Source: an uncultured delta proteobacterium
Lineage (GTDB): Bacteria > Desulfobacterota > Desulfobacteria > Desulfobacterales > JAFDCJ01
Assembly (NCBI GenBank): GCA_963769935.1
Contig: CAVYNY010000013.1
Span: forward strand, 512,001 to 576,000
Length of the DNA stretch: 64,000 bases
Reading direction: 5' to 3'
How positions within the stretch are numbered: position 1 is the first letter of the stretch; every line of letters begins with the position of its first letter. Under the pieces are notes generated by a model. The model was not told where the DNA came from and did not search any database. It worked only from the letters and a program-made list of their open reading frames with translations. Positions 21,317 to 32,165 of the stretch are shown one piece after another. A program made the position numbers and the translations under genes.

Positions 21317-22999
21317 TCACCCAATCCCCTCGGCTTTGATAATGACCAGGGTAATATCATCCACGGTTTTTTGACCTCTGGTAAATGAATCGAGTTCGGC
21401 ATAAACGGCATTTAAAATGTCGCCGGCACTCGCAGCAGCGTTTTTCCGGATGACATTTTTTAGCCGTTCCTTGCCGAACATTTCACCTTCTTTGTTGAAC
21501 GCCTCCCAGATACCGTCCGTTCCGACGGCTATGACCTGACCTTTCGTCAGGCCGCTGCGATGATTCTGCTCGTAGTTAAAATGATCGTTGACTCCCAGGG
21601 CAACCCCGCTGCCTTTCAATTCATCAAATTCGTCCTGCGCCGGGTCATATAGCACGGCCGGATCATGCCCGGCCCGAACCCACTCGAGACGCTTTGCTGC
21701 GGGATCGATCGTCAGATAAAACAAGGTCATGAATCGGCCGCTTTCAAGCACATCGCGGGTGAGATGGTGGTTCATGGCGGTAACGATTTCGGCAATGGTT
21801 CCGGGCTGGGAAGCCCGCATGCGCAGAAACGCCCGGGCGGTCGTCATCAGCAGGGCGGAATCCACCCCGTGGCCGGAGATGTCACCCACCACGACACTGA
21901 ACGGACCTTTCCTGGAATCCCGCCGCCAGATAAAATCGAAGTAATCGCCGCCGATCTCATCGCAGGATACGTTTCGCCCGGCAATATCAAGCCCCTTCAC
22001 CCGGGGTTTGTCCTGGGGCAGCAGGCTTTTCTGGACTTCACCGGCCAGCGCCAGGGCTTTTTTGTGTTCGGTCATATCGGTTATAAAGGCCATGTTGCCG
22101 ATCACATGGCCCTGATCATCCCTGAGGGTGCTGCCGTGAACCAGAATCGGGATGATACGGCCGTCTTTGGCCACACTGCTGCCTTCAAACTCACGATACT
22201 CCCTGGTCAGGATGCTGTCTCGGTTGCTCAGCATATATTGTCTGAAATTATCGGTGGCCAGATCTAAGGGGGTTTTGCCGATCAATTCTTCCCGGCTGAA
22301 TCCGAGCATCTTGCAGTAGGCGGCGTTGACATCCAATATCACCAGATCTTCGTTCATCAAAATGAACCCTTCGCCGGCAGTTTCGACAATGCGGCGAAAT
22401 TTTTCTTCGCTTTTGCGCAGCGCGTCTTCGGCAAGCTTGCGCTCGGTGATGTCTACCAGAATACCCTGATTATGCGTTTTAACCCCGGCGGCATCCCGCA
22501 CCACCGAGGTTTGGTCTTCAACCCAGCGAACGTCGCCGGATTTTGTCAGGCAGCGATAGTACTGGGTGTATTCCTCCACATCCTGTTCGGCATATCCCAT
22601 AATCTCTTTTCCGATTCTTTCCATATCATCGGGATGTACGATCTCTCTGAAATGTATCTTGCCGCTTAAAAAGTCTTCCGCCTTATAGCCCATTTGACTG
22701 ATATTTTCGGAAACGTATTCCAGCCGGGCTTCATCGCCGGCTGTCCGCCGGAAAAGGATCACCGGACTCCGGTCGACAATCACCTCCGCCATGCGCAGCG
22801 CTTCTTCGGTCTGATCCCGCTGGGTACACTCCTGGTTGAGTTCCTCGGTTTGCGCCTGGCAGCGGGTTTGAATCTCAGCACATTGTTTTTGAACTTCTGC
22901 CAGGCGCCGGCGCAATTCGTCGGCTTCGGCAGACCGCCGCCTGAGATAATTCAGCTCTTCCATGAGCTCATTTTTTGTTTTTGCTGAATCCGCTTTCAT
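21317..22999 (-). CDS. Coiled-coil, two PAS domains and PP2C/SpoIIE phosphatase (RsbU/RsbP-like)
   Basis: VHPDD, DITERK, GGDYFD, GDISGHG, RAGH, TDGIWEA, DDIT. Confidence 0.9.
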   Translation of the reverse strand: MKADSAKTKNELMEELNYLRRRSAEADELRRRLAEVQKQCAEIQTRCQAQTEELNQECTQRDQTEEALRMAEVIVDRSPVILFRRTAGDEARLEYVSENISQMGYKAEDFLSGKIHFREIVHPDDMERIGKEIMGYAEQDVEEYTQYYRCLTKSGDVRWVEDQTSVVRDAAGVKTHNQGILVDITERKLAEDALRKSEEKFRRIVETAGEGFILMNEDLVILDVNAAYCKMLGFSREELIGKTPLDLATDNFRQYMLSNRDSILTREYREFEGSSVAKDGRIIPILVHGSTLRDDQGHVIGNMAFITDMTEHKKALALAGEVQKSLLPQDKPRVKGLDIAGRNVSCDEIGGDYFDFIWRRDSRKGPFSVVVGDISGHGVDSALLMTTARAFLRMRASQPGTIAEIVTAMNHHLTRDVLESGRFMTLFYLTIDPAAKRLEWVRAGHDPAVLYDPAQDEFDELKGSGVALGVNDHFNYEQNHRSGLTKGQVIAVGTDGIWEAFNKEGEMFGKERLKNVIRKNAAASAGDILNAVYAELDSFTRGQKTVDDITLVIIKAEGIG

Positions 23000-23125
23000 T
23001 TTATATCTTCTTTATCCCGTGAAGATCGCAGCCAATAAAGATAAATTGATCACGAATGCATCAAAATCAAGGATGATGCTAAATTAACTTAATTTGAGCG
23101 ATATCCAAATGCCCACCCCCAGTCC

Positions 23126-23150
23126 GGGCGGGCGTAAAGCCCGCCCCTAC
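23126..23150 (-). repeat. GTAG-type REP (GTAGGGGCGGGCTTTACGCCCGCCC on minus strand)
   Basis: GTAG tetranucleotide followed by a GC-rich hairpin. Confidence 0.6.
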
Positions 23151-23208
23151 GATACTTTATCTTCCGGCATCCAGCAGCCGGCATCGAGTATCCAGCTTTC
23201 GCCATTTG

Positions 23209-24630
23209 TCATTTTTTATTTAGGATATGGGTGGCACTGCCCAGAAAAATTTCGGCCGCCTCCCCCTCGGTTTCGGAAAGAGTGGGATGGGGATGAATGC
23301 TCAGCGCCATATCTTCGGCCAGGGCGCCCATTTCCACGGCCAGCACCCCTTCGGAGATCAACCCCTCGGTATCGCGTCCGGCTATCCCGACGCCCAGGAT
23401 ACGCAGGGTTTCGGGCTCTGCGATGATTTTGGTTACGCCTTCGGGGGCCCCCATGGTTGTGGCCCGGCCGGAAAACTTCCAGGGAAAGCGCTGCACTTTG
23501 ATGGCCCGATTTTCCCGGCGGGCATCTTCCTCGGTCAGGCCGCACCAGGCGATTTGAGGATCGGTGTAGACAACGGCGGGAATGGCCCGGGCGTCGAAGG
23601 CCGAGGGTTGTCCGGCAATAACCTCGGCCGCGATTTTGCCCTCACGCGTGGCTTTGTGAGCCAGCATCATTCCGCCGGCGACATCGCCGACGGCAAATAT
23701 TTTTTTATCCGTTGTGCGCATCTGTTCGTCGATGATCACAAAACCTTTGTCATCCAGTTTGACTTTGGTATTTTCAAGTCCCAGCCCCTGCGATGCCGGA
23801 CGGCGTCCGATGGCAACCAGCACCCGGTCAAAAGTCTGCGGCCGACCATCGACCTCGCCTTCCAGCTTAACATCCACGCCGCTATCGTGTTCCTCCAGTG
23901 AAACCACTTTGGTTTTTAAATGAATGCCGGCAAATATGCTCTTGAGCTTGCGATGCAACGGTTCCACCAGGTCCTGATCAACGCCCGGCAATAGCCGATC
24001 CAGGTATTCAACCAGCGTGATCTGCGATCCCAGGGCCGCATAAACGGTACCTAATTCCAGACCGACGTATCCGCCGCCCACTATCAGCAGCCTTGGTGGG
24101 ATGTCCGCCAGGCTCAGGGCCCCGGTGGAATCCATTATTCTGCCGCCCGCCTTGAACTCAGTGCCGGGAAATGGGACCGGCCGGGATCCTGTCGCTATGA
24201 TTGCATTCCGGAATTTAATGCGCCTGATCTCAGAATCGCGCAAACGAACCGTATCGGCGCTTTCGAATTCCGCCCGTCCTCTGATAAGCTGCACCCCCCG
24301 CCGGTTGCTGAGGCTGACCAACCCATCGGCCATCTTATCGATTACCCGGGCTTTCCAGCTGCGCAGTCCCTCTAAATCAATTTGCGGTTTGCCGAACGAA
24401 ATCCCCATCGACGGGGCCTTTTCGGCATCATAGATAAGTTCCGCCAGGTACAAAAACGTCTTGGAAGGAATACACCCCTCAAACAAGCACACGCCGCCGG
24501 GACGCGCAGCCGTATCTACCATGGTCACGTCCAGGCCCAGGTCCGCCGCGCGGAATGCAGCGGCATATCCTCCCGGCCCGTTGCCGATAACCAGCAATTC
24601 CGCCTCCTGCATCAATTCACCCATGACCAT
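23209..24630 (-). CDS. lpdA: Dihydrolipoyl dehydrogenase (E3)
   Basis: G.GPGGY, GGVCLFEGCIPSK, GGGYVGLE, HPHPTLSE. Confidence 0.95.
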   Translation of the reverse strand: MVMGELMQEAELLVIGNGPGGYAAAFRAADLGLDVTMVDTAARPGGVCLFEGCIPSKTFLYLAELIYDAEKAPSMGISFGKPQIDLEGLRSWKARVIDKMADGLVSLSNRRGVQLIRGRAEFESADTVRLRDSEIRRIKFRNAIIATGSRPVPFPGTEFKAGGRIMDSTGALSLADIPPRLLIVGGGYVGLELGTVYAALGSQITLVEYLDRLLPGVDQDLVEPLHRKLKSIFAGIHLKTKVVSLEEHDSGVDVKLEGEVDGRPQTFDRVLVAIGRRPASQGLGLENTKVKLDDKGFVIIDEQMRTTDKKIFAVGDVAGGMMLAHKATREGKIAAEVIAGQPSAFDARAIPAVVYTDPQIAWCGLTEEDARRENRAIKVQRFPWKFSGRATTMGAPEGVTKIIAEPETLRILGVGIAGRDTEGLISEGVLAVEMGALAEDMALSIHPHPTLSETEGEAAEIFLGSATHILNKK

Positions 24631-25175
24631 GGAAAAACCTCCGGTTTTGTGTTTTGCAGATTGTATGTTGTGTATTGTTAATCGTTAGTTGTCAATTGTC
24701 AGTGGTCAGCCCGGCCGCCGGCCAAAACAACGGCCGATCTGATCAAAAAAGAAACTAATGAACGTCGGACATCAATTCACTGTTCCAAACTCCTGAAGTT
24801 TCACACGAGCCAGGCCGCTGGCCCAAAAGACGGCCAGATTAATCGAGAAAGAAACTTTTGGAAATTCGGGCTCAGTTGGATTTACTATCACGCCCACTCC
24901 GTTAGAGCTCACAGAGGCCGCGGAGAACATTTTTCTTTCGCCGCAGGCGGCTGCCAACCCGAACCTCTGTGACCTCTGAGCGCTCTGTGTGAGATGTAGT
25001 TTCATATAAGCACCGCCTCCGGCCGCCAGCGTCCAGTCTGATCGTAGAAGAAACTTAATGTAGCTTCATATAAGTTGTATAGAAAGTGCTTAGGGTATCG
25101 CCGATTTTTACATGCTGTTCGACTGACCTGCCAAAAACACACAACATACGACCTACAACACGCAATTCCCATTTT

Positions 25176-26450
25176 TTACACCATACTCATTAAAAGCTCA
25201 TCCGGGTCTTCCAGCGTATCCACCAGGACTTTGAGAAACCGAATGGCATCCGCTCCGTCCAGCACCCGGTGATCGATGCACAACACAATCGGCATCATCA
25301 GCCGCGGGACAATCGTGTAATCGCCTTTTCCCTGTTCCCTGACAACGGGTTGCATACGCGCCTGGCCCATGCCCAGAATGGCAACCTCGGGGTAATTGAT
25401 GATCGGCGCAAAAAAACCGCCGCCCATGGCTCCGGCATTGGTAATCGTAAACGTGCCGCCCTGCATTTCTTCGACGCTCGTTTTGCGGTCCCTCGTTCGC
25501 TGCACCAGGCCGGTCAACTCAATAGCCAACTCTTTGATGCTTTTGCGGTCCACATCCCGAACCACCGGCACAATAAGGCCGCGGTCGGTGTTCACGGCCA
25601 CTCCGACATTGTAATAGTGCTTGACGATGATCTCGTTGTTTTGAACATCCAGCGTCGCATTAAAATTCGGATAGGCTTTCAATGCGGTGGCAACCGCTTT
25701 AAGGGCAAATACGGTTATGGTTAGTTTTCCGCCGACAGCTTCAATTTCCTTTTTATGCTTTTGGCGAAACGCTTCCAGCCGGGTGACGTCGATGACATCC
25801 TGGCTGTTGACGTGGGGAATCTGCGACCAGGCCAGAGACATTTGCCGGGCGGTTGCCCGGCGGATGGAACGAAACGCAATTCGTTCGACATTACCCCACC
25901 TGGTAAAATCGGGCAGGGGTGGAATGGTTTCTGGAGGCCGGGGCTCGGGAGTGGAAGGCGCAACCGCCGCTGCCGGCTTTTCTTTTCCGGCAAAGCCACG
26001 CACATCCTCGGCTGTTACCAGGCCTTTTGATCCGGTGGGTGTCACCTGGTGAATATCAACCCCCAGCTCGCGGGCCAGCCGTCTGGTCGCCGGTGAAGCC
26101 GGAACCGGACCTTTTTTAGGCGCCGGCTGCACCGGCCCGGCTGCGGCGGGTTCCCCGGCCGGCGCCGCCGGTTTCTGCGGGGGTTCCTTCTCTGCAACCG
26201 GCCGCGCCTCTTCGCCATTGGAGAACGTCATCATCACATCACCGACCTTGACGATATCGCCCGGTTTGACCAATATTTCCTGGACCCTGCCGTTAAACGG
26301 CGACGGGATTTCCACCGCCGCCTTATCCGTTTCTACTTCCAGGATAATATCGCCCTCTTTTACTTCCTGCCCGACTTCAACCGGTACGGCCAGGACTTCA
26401 CCTTCATGGATGCCTTCTCCGAGATCCGGCAGTTTGAACGACTTGGACAT
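25176..26450 (-). CDS. pdhC: Dihydrolipoamide acyltransferase (E2), one lipoyl domain
   Basis: LPDLGEG, VETDKA, ASPATRRLARE, DHRVLDG. Confidence 0.92.
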   Translation of the reverse strand: MSKSFKLPDLGEGIHEGEVLAVPVEVGQEVKEGDIILEVETDKAAVEIPSPFNGRVQEILVKPGDIVKVGDVMMTFSNGEEARPVAEKEPPQKPAAPAGEPAAAGPVQPAPKKGPVPASPATRRLARELGVDIHQVTPTGSKGLVTAEDVRGFAGKEKPAAAVAPSTPEPRPPETIPPLPDFTRWGNVERIAFRSIRRATARQMSLAWSQIPHVNSQDVIDVTRLEAFRQKHKKEIEAVGGKLTITVFALKAVATALKAYPNFNATLDVQNNEIIVKHYYNVGVAVNTDRGLIVPVVRDVDRKSIKELAIELTGLVQRTRDRKTSVEEMQGGTFTITNAGAMGGGFFAPIINYPEVAILGMGQARMQPVVREQGKGDYTIVPRLMMPIVLCIDHRVLDGADAIRFLKVLVDTLEDPDELLMSMV

Positions 26451-26647
26451 TGAGACCCCCCTAACTCATTAATGGAGTTCACCTTGGCTTTTCAGATAAA
26501 ATTTTGATACCCAAGCATAGCCAAAGGATTGAAAATTGAAGATTGTAAATTGAATATTGGAAGGTATGCGATCCTTATTTTAAGGTCAGTTATAAAAAAA
26601 CAGACGGAGTGAAACGACATCCGCAAATATTCAATATTCAATTTTCA

Positions 26648-27631
26648 CTATTCATTTTTGAGCACTCTTCTGGCTGCTCTGATAATCCGCTGCGCATTCG
26701 GGATATAGGCTTTCTCGCGACTGAACAACGGCGGGATGAGGTCAAAACCCGTCACACGCGCGATCGGGGCTTCCAGATAGTAAAACGCCTTTTCCATTAT
26801 GCGGGCGACGATTTCCGCCCCCGGACCGAAGCTGCGGGGGGATTCGTGAACAACCAGGGCGCGGCCGGTTTTTGTTACCGACCGGACAAAAAGTTCATCG
26901 TCCAGCGGAGAAACGGTCAGCAGATCGATGACTTCGGCTTCGACGCCTTCCTCGTCTCCTAAGACGGCAGCGGCTTCAAGCGTTGGACGCATCATGGCGC
27001 CATACGATATCATGGTCAAATCCCGGCCCTCCCGCACAACCCGTGACCGTCCGATGGGCATGGTTTCCTCCTCTTCGGGTACTTCTTCCCGAAAGGCCCG
27101 GTAAAGCGCCTTGGCTTCATAAAAGATCACCGGGTCGGGATCGCGTATGGCACTGACCAGCAGCGCCCGGGCGGTGCGCGGACCGGACGGAATAACCATC
27201 TTCAAACCCGGTGTATGGGCCCAGTAGGCTTCGCGGCTTTCGGAATGATGCTCAAGGGCCCGCACGCCGGCGCCATAGGGGGCTCGAAGCACCATGGGCA
27301 CGTGGTACCGGCCCTGGGTTCGCGTTCGGAATCGGGCGGCGTGATTTTCGATCTGGTGAAACGTCTGATAGCTGAAACCTGAAAATTGGATTTCACAGAC
27401 CGGCTTGAGACCGTAAAGCGCCATGCCGATTGACATTCCCGCTATGGCGGATTCCGCCAGGGGTGTATCCAGCACCCGCTCCTCGCCAAACCGGTTGATA
27501 AGCCCGTCGGTTACGCGAAAAACGCCGCCGTCCACGCCGACATCTTCACCGAGCACGATAACCCCGTCATCTTTCTCCATCTCCTGACGCAGGGCCAGGT
27601 TGAGGGCCTGAACCATCGTCATCTTAGCCAT
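26648..27631 (-). CDS. pdhB: 2-oxoacid dehydrogenase E1 beta subunit
   Basis: GEDVG..GGVFR, DTPLAES, EIQF, EHHS. Confidence 0.92.
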   Translation of the reverse strand: MAKMTMVQALNLALRQEMEKDDGVIVLGEDVGVDGGVFRVTDGLINRFGEERVLDTPLAESAIAGMSIGMALYGLKPVCEIQFSGFSYQTFHQIENHAARFRTRTQGRYHVPMVLRAPYGAGVRALEHHSESREAYWAHTPGLKMVIPSGPRTARALLVSAIRDPDPVIFYEAKALYRAFREEVPEEEETMPIGRSRVVREGRDLTMISYGAMMRPTLEAAAVLGDEEGVEAEVIDLLTVSPLDDELFVRSVTKTGRALVVHESPRSFGPGAEIVARIMEKAFYYLEAPIARVTGFDLIPPLFSREKAYIPNAQRIIRAARRVLKNE

Positions 27632-28730
27632 CCTGCCCCTCCTTTGCCATCGCTTCCAATTCTCCGATCAATTCTTCTTTTTGTTCCTTCAAGGTGGGAG
27701 GCATCTTCTCATAGTGGTGGTTGAACATATCTATTGGATCGCCCAGGGTTTTCATCTTTTCTTCAGCCCTGTCGACGGCCGATTGAATTTCATCCAGCAC
27801 GGCGGTCTCGATATCGGCAATTTTTTCTTGTGCCAGAAGCCCCCTTTCAGACAAATACTTCTGAAACCGTATTAGCGGATCCCTTTGTTTCCAAAGTTCC
27901 ACTTCCTGATCCGTACGATAGCGCCGCGGATCGTCGGCCGTGGTGTGCATCGTCATCCGATAGGTAACGCACTCGATCAATGTGGGGCCGCCTCCGGATC
28001 GGGCGCGCTGGACGGCTTCTTGAGCGGCGGCATAAGATGCCAATATGTCATTGCCGTCAATTTGTATGCCCGGCATGCCGTATGCCAGGGCTTTTTGGGC
28101 GATTGTTTCGGATCTTGTCTGTTTTGCGCGCGGGTGCGATATGGCCCATTGATTGTTCTGGCAGACAAAAATTACCGGGGTCTGAAATACACCGGCGAAA
28201 TTGAGCCCCTCGTGAAAATCGCCCTGAGAAGTTGCTCCGTCTCCAAAAAAAACCATCACAACCCGATCTGTTTTGCGGTATCTGCCGGCCCAGGCTAAAC
28301 CTACCGCATGCAGAATTTGGGTTCCGACCGGAACGGACATAGGGAGATCATTGCTGTCCTGCGGTATCTCAACCCCCTCACTGAAGCCATTGTTGTAAAT
28401 AATCATGCTTTCCAGCGATCGTCCCCGCCATATTTCAGCGCCGGCCTCCCGAAAGGCCGGTACAAACCAGTCGGAAGGCTCCAGAACGGCTACGGCCCCC
28501 AGGTGCGATGCTTCCTGCCCGCTGGTGGGTGGAAAGGTGCCGATCCGTCCCTGCCGCTGCAGGTTCAACAGGCGCTCATCGAATTTTCGAGCCAGCACCA
28601 TGGTGCGGTAAAGTTTGAGGAGAATTTCTTCAGGAATATCCGGTACAAGCTTCGCATCGCAGGCGCCCTTCTCATCTAAAATTGAAAGATATTCCAGATG
28701 CTGCGCCAATTTGATCTTTTTCCTTGGCAT
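27624..28730 (-). CDS. pdhA: Pyruvate (2-oxoacid) dehydrogenase E1 alpha subunit
   Basis: LQRQGRIG, GQEA, GDGATSQGDFHE, NNQWAIS, HTTADDP; ATG at 28730 preferred. Confidence 0.9.
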   Translation of the reverse strand: MPRKKIKLAQHLEYLSILDEKGACDAKLVPDIPEEILLKLYRTMVLARKFDERLLNLQRQGRIGTFPPTSGQEASHLGAVAVLEPSDWFVPAFREAGAEIWRGRSLESMIIYNNGFSEGVEIPQDSNDLPMSVPVGTQILHAVGLAWAGRYRKTDRVVMVFFGDGATSQGDFHEGLNFAGVFQTPVIFVCQNNQWAISHPRAKQTRSETIAQKALAYGMPGIQIDGNDILASYAAAQEAVQRARSGGGPTLIECVTYRMTMHTTADDPRRYRTDQEVELWKQRDPLIRFQKYLSERGLLAQEKIADIETAVLDEIQSAVDRAEEKMKTLGDPIDMFNHHYEKMPPTLKEQKEELIGELEAMAKEGQDG

Positions 28731-29057
28731 GGTTTTACTCCCGATTATTGTTAAGTGCAATATGTTACCAAATTTCACTTAGTCAAGGTTGAAAGAATTT
28801 AACTACTTAATATTCACATTGCTTCTAGGCAGGGGGGGAAGTATTGAGGCCAGGCCTGTTTAGAACCGGTTCGACCGTAGGTTCTAAACCCGGCTCTAGT
28901 AAAAGGAAAAGAAAACATTAAACGGGCAAGTAAGAAAAGAGTCCAACAAAGGAGTTTGAAAGCCTTGGTAACGTTGGCTTCATCCGGCAACCCGCTGCAG
29001 GCAAAACACCAGTTGACTGAAAAACGGAAATACTCACAGCGAGTATTTTTCAGGAAA

Positions 29058-29294
29058 TTATTCTACAATTTCAAGCACAACCCGTTTGCGCTCCTTGGCT
29101 GAAGCTGCACCTATAATTGTCCGCAGCGATCTTGCCGTCCGGCCCTGTTTGCCGATAATTTTGCCGAGATCCTCTTTGGCCACTTTCAGTTCCAGCACGG
29201 TTGCCTGATTGCCTTCTATTGCCGTCACCATCACTTCTTCGGGCTTGTCCACCAGCGCACGGGCGATAAGTTCGACCAGATCTTTCATTGCCAT
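29058..29294 (-). CDS. khpA: KH-domain RNA-binding protein (KhpA/YlqC family)
   Basis: [28 protein letters not shown]. Confidence 0.9.
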   Translation of the reverse strand: MAMKDLVELIARALVDKPEEVMVTAIEGNQATVLELKVAKEDLGKIIGKQGRTARSLRTIIGAASAKERKRVVLEIVE

Positions 29295-29478
29295 TCTCCT
29301 TCATTACCCGTTAAAACCGTGTTAAAATTTATTTAATAGTTTCATCTTCTCGACTTGTAAATAGGGTAAACAATGTATTTTATAATGAGAAATGCAGTAT
29401 TGTATTGACTTGTTTTCTCTTTTATCTGTTGTATTTTCTAAAGGCTGTCACAATTTCAGATATTGGAGGGATTCTATC

Positions 29479-30634
29479 ATGGATTTTGCTGTCCCGCCGT
29501 CCGTATCGCAAGATCTTAGTCGTTTCAAGGAGTTTATCAAAACCCATGTATCGCCGGACCTGAAATCCTGGACTCGTCAACGAGAGTTGCCGCCGGCCTT
29601 CTTCCAACGCATGGGAGAAGGCAGCTGGTTTGGTCTGGGGTTTCGGGACGGGCGCCTCACCCGGGAGTCGGCCTTAAAGGAAGCGCTGGTGGCAGAGGAA
29701 CTGGCTGTTGTCTCACCGGGAGTCGCTATCGCTGCTTTAGCGCATGTTGATTTGGGGTTGATGGGCGTGTTCCTTTTCGGGGCGCCCAATCATCATCAGA
29801 CTTACGGGGCATCGGCCGTGCAGGGCCGGACCGTGATGTGTCTCGGAAACACCGAAAATATGGCGGGCAGCGATGTCGCCGGCATTTCCATGACCGCGAC
29901 GAAAGTCGACGGCGGGTGGAGTCTGAACGGAACCAAGGCCTATGTCACCAACGGGAATATCGCCGATCTGGGCGTCATGACCGCTGTCTCGGATCCGCAG
30001 GCGTCCAGGAACAGCCGCTTATCCATGTACCTGGTCAATCTGTCCTCCGCTGGGGTCGGCCGCACAAAATTGAACAAACAGGTATGGATTCCATCTGATT
30101 TGACGCGCTTGAAATTTGACAATGTCTTCGTGCCGGATGATCACCTTTTGGGGGTCCGGGGTCGGGGATTGCAGCAGGTACTTGAAATCTTTACCAACAG
30201 CCGGGTGCCGATTTCCGCCCTGACGTTGGGCGGTGCGGTCGGCGCTTTCAACCTGGCCGTCAGCCATATGCAAAAACGCCGGATTTTCGGCCAAAAAATT
30301 ATGGATTTTCAGGCCAAAGCATTTGAGACTGTCGGAATTTTACGCCAGGCTTGAAGCCGCCCGGCTGATGCTGTGGAAAGCCTGTTGGGAAATTGATCAG
30401 GGTGGGGATTTTCGCCAGGCGGCATCCCTGGCCAAATACCTTTCGGTTGAGGTCGCCCGGGAAGTAACTGTCTGGGCGGCGGATATTTTCGGCGCCGCTT
30501 CGGTGGTTCATGAGCACCCCATCCACAAATACCCCATGGACACCTGGGGCGCCTCCCTGGGTGAAGGCACGCAGGATGTGCAGAAGCTGATAATATTTCG
30601 GGAATTTATGAAGCGCCGGCACGCGATTGGGTAG
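29479..30634 (+). pseudogene. Acyl-CoA dehydrogenase with a single frameshift near 30328 (pseudogene or sequence error)
   Basis: GSDV, LNGTKAYVTNG, R.IFG..I.DFQA in frame 1; continues as LSEFYARLEAAR...AKY...GEGTQDVQK in another frame; removing one base in GAGACTG restores the frame. Confidence 0.8.
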
Positions 30635-30717
30635 TCAGTTGTCCGTTGCTTGTAGTTTCTGATTCCTGGTCTAACGTAGCAGAGTGCCGCAGCCTGCTCC
30701 GGAAGTGCAATTTGCAG

Positions 30718-31050
30718 TTATCTGCTGGGGTCGACTGCCCAGCCTTCTACCTCTAATTTTACTATACGATTGAATTCCTTTGTGTTGTGCGTGACGACGA
30801 CTAATTTGTTAGCCCGTGCAATGGCAGCGATTTGAAGATCTCTTTCACTTATAACTATTCCGTCTTTTTCGAGCTGAGTTCTTATTGTGGAGTACATGCG
30901 AGCAGCAAGCTCGTCAAAAGGATATACTCCAAGCTGCGAATGAATGTGTTCAATTTTATTGCGCCGCTCATTCTTCTTGACTGGCGATTTTTCAATTCCG
31001 TAATATATCTCCGCCAACGTAACAGTGCAAATTGAAATCCTGGTCCTTTG
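30718..31050 (-). pseudogene. 5'-truncated VapC/PIN toxin
   Basis: ISICTVTLAEIYYG, ISERDLQIAAIA, VVTHNTKEF; N-terminal LDTN motif and antitoxin absent. Confidence 0.75.
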
Positions 31051-31136
31051 GGACCGTCGGAGTTCCCGCTCAGCGGGGTCAGAGTAACCGGCTATGCCGA
31101 AAACAGATGCCGTGGAACGAAGGAAAAACTGAAAAA

Positions 31137-32165
31137 TCAGGGAGCCAAAACAATCTTGCCAAACTGCTTTCCCTCCTGCATTATTTTATAGGCCTCACGC
31201 CCCTCGCTTAAGGGCAGGATTTGATGGACAACCGGCTTGATTTTCCCGGCCCACAGTAAATTGATCACATCGCGAAAGTCCTGGTGGGAGCCCATGGTGC
31301 TGCCGATCAGGCTGATCTGCTTGCCGAATATGAAACGGATATCGATTTCAGCCTGCGGCCCGCTGGTATTGCCGACAATCACAATCCGGCCGCCGCGGGC
31401 AACGGCCTGCATGCTGGTATTGATGGTAGCCTTGCCCACATTGTCTACCACGACATCCACCCCCCGTCTGGAGGTGAGTTTAAATATCTCCTTGCCCCAA
31501 TTAACCTGCGACCGATCCAGCACCACATCCGCACCCAGTTGCCGGGCCTGCTCGGCTTTATCCGGATTGCTGGCCACGGTATAAACAAAGGCACCCGCCA
31601 ATTTGGCAATCTGGATGGCAACGCTGTTGACCCCGCCGCCCGCGCCGACCACCAGCACGGTTTCACCGGCACGCAGACCGGCCTGATGCATCAGCATACG
31701 CCAGGCAGTGAGGCTGACCAACAGCGGAGCGGCGGCTTTTGGAAAGTCCATACTATCGGGCATGCCCGCCAGGTTGCCGGCTGAAATCGCTAAATATTCG
31801 GCGGCCCCGCCACGTCTGTGTTCTCCCAGGATATGATATCCGGGGCTGACACTGTCCCGGCCGCGCCGGGTATATTCGTCTTCAAACAGATTGACGCCGG
31901 GATCGACCACGACCCGCTGTCCGACCTGCCAGTCGGCAACATTTTCACCCAGTTCAACAATTTCACCGGCGACATCCGCTCCGCACCAATGGGGCATTTC
32001 CAGTTTGAGACCCGGCCATCCCCTGCGAACCCAGATATCCAGAAAATTAAGCGCGCAGGCACGCACCCGAACCAGAACCTCTCCCGGCCCGGGTTTAGGG
32101 TCAGGCACATCGCCGTACTTTACGACATCCAATTCACCGTGCTCGTCAAAATATAATGCTTTCAT
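31137..32165 (-). CDS. Medium-chain dehydrogenase/reductase (quinone oxidoreductase-like)
   Basis: ALNFLD.W.R.G, GAGGGV, GSTMGS, FGKIVL; no structural-Zn Cys cluster. Confidence 0.85.
   Translation of the reverse strand: MKALYFDEHGELDVVKYGDVPDPKPGPGEVLVRVRACALNFLDIWVRRGWPGLKLEMPHWCGADVAGEIVELGENVADWQVGQRVVVDPGVNLFEDEYTRRGRDSVSPGYHILGEHRRGGAAEYLAISAGNLAGMPDSMDFPKAAAPLLVSLTAWRMLMHQAGLRAGETVLVVGAGGGVNSVAIQIAKLAGAFVYTVASNPDKAEQARQLGADVVLDRSQVNWGKEIFKLTSRRGVDVVVDNVGKATINTSMQAVARGGRIVIVGNTSGPQAEIDIRFIFGKQISLIGSTMGSHQDFRDVINLLWAGKIKPVVHQILPLSEGREAYKIMQEGKQFGKIVLAP

Noticed and set aside
24700..25075. Possible CRISPR array from three recurring GAAAC-containing units
   Set aside because: Repeats are degenerate, spacing is irregular, spacers contain other repeats, and no cas genes are present.
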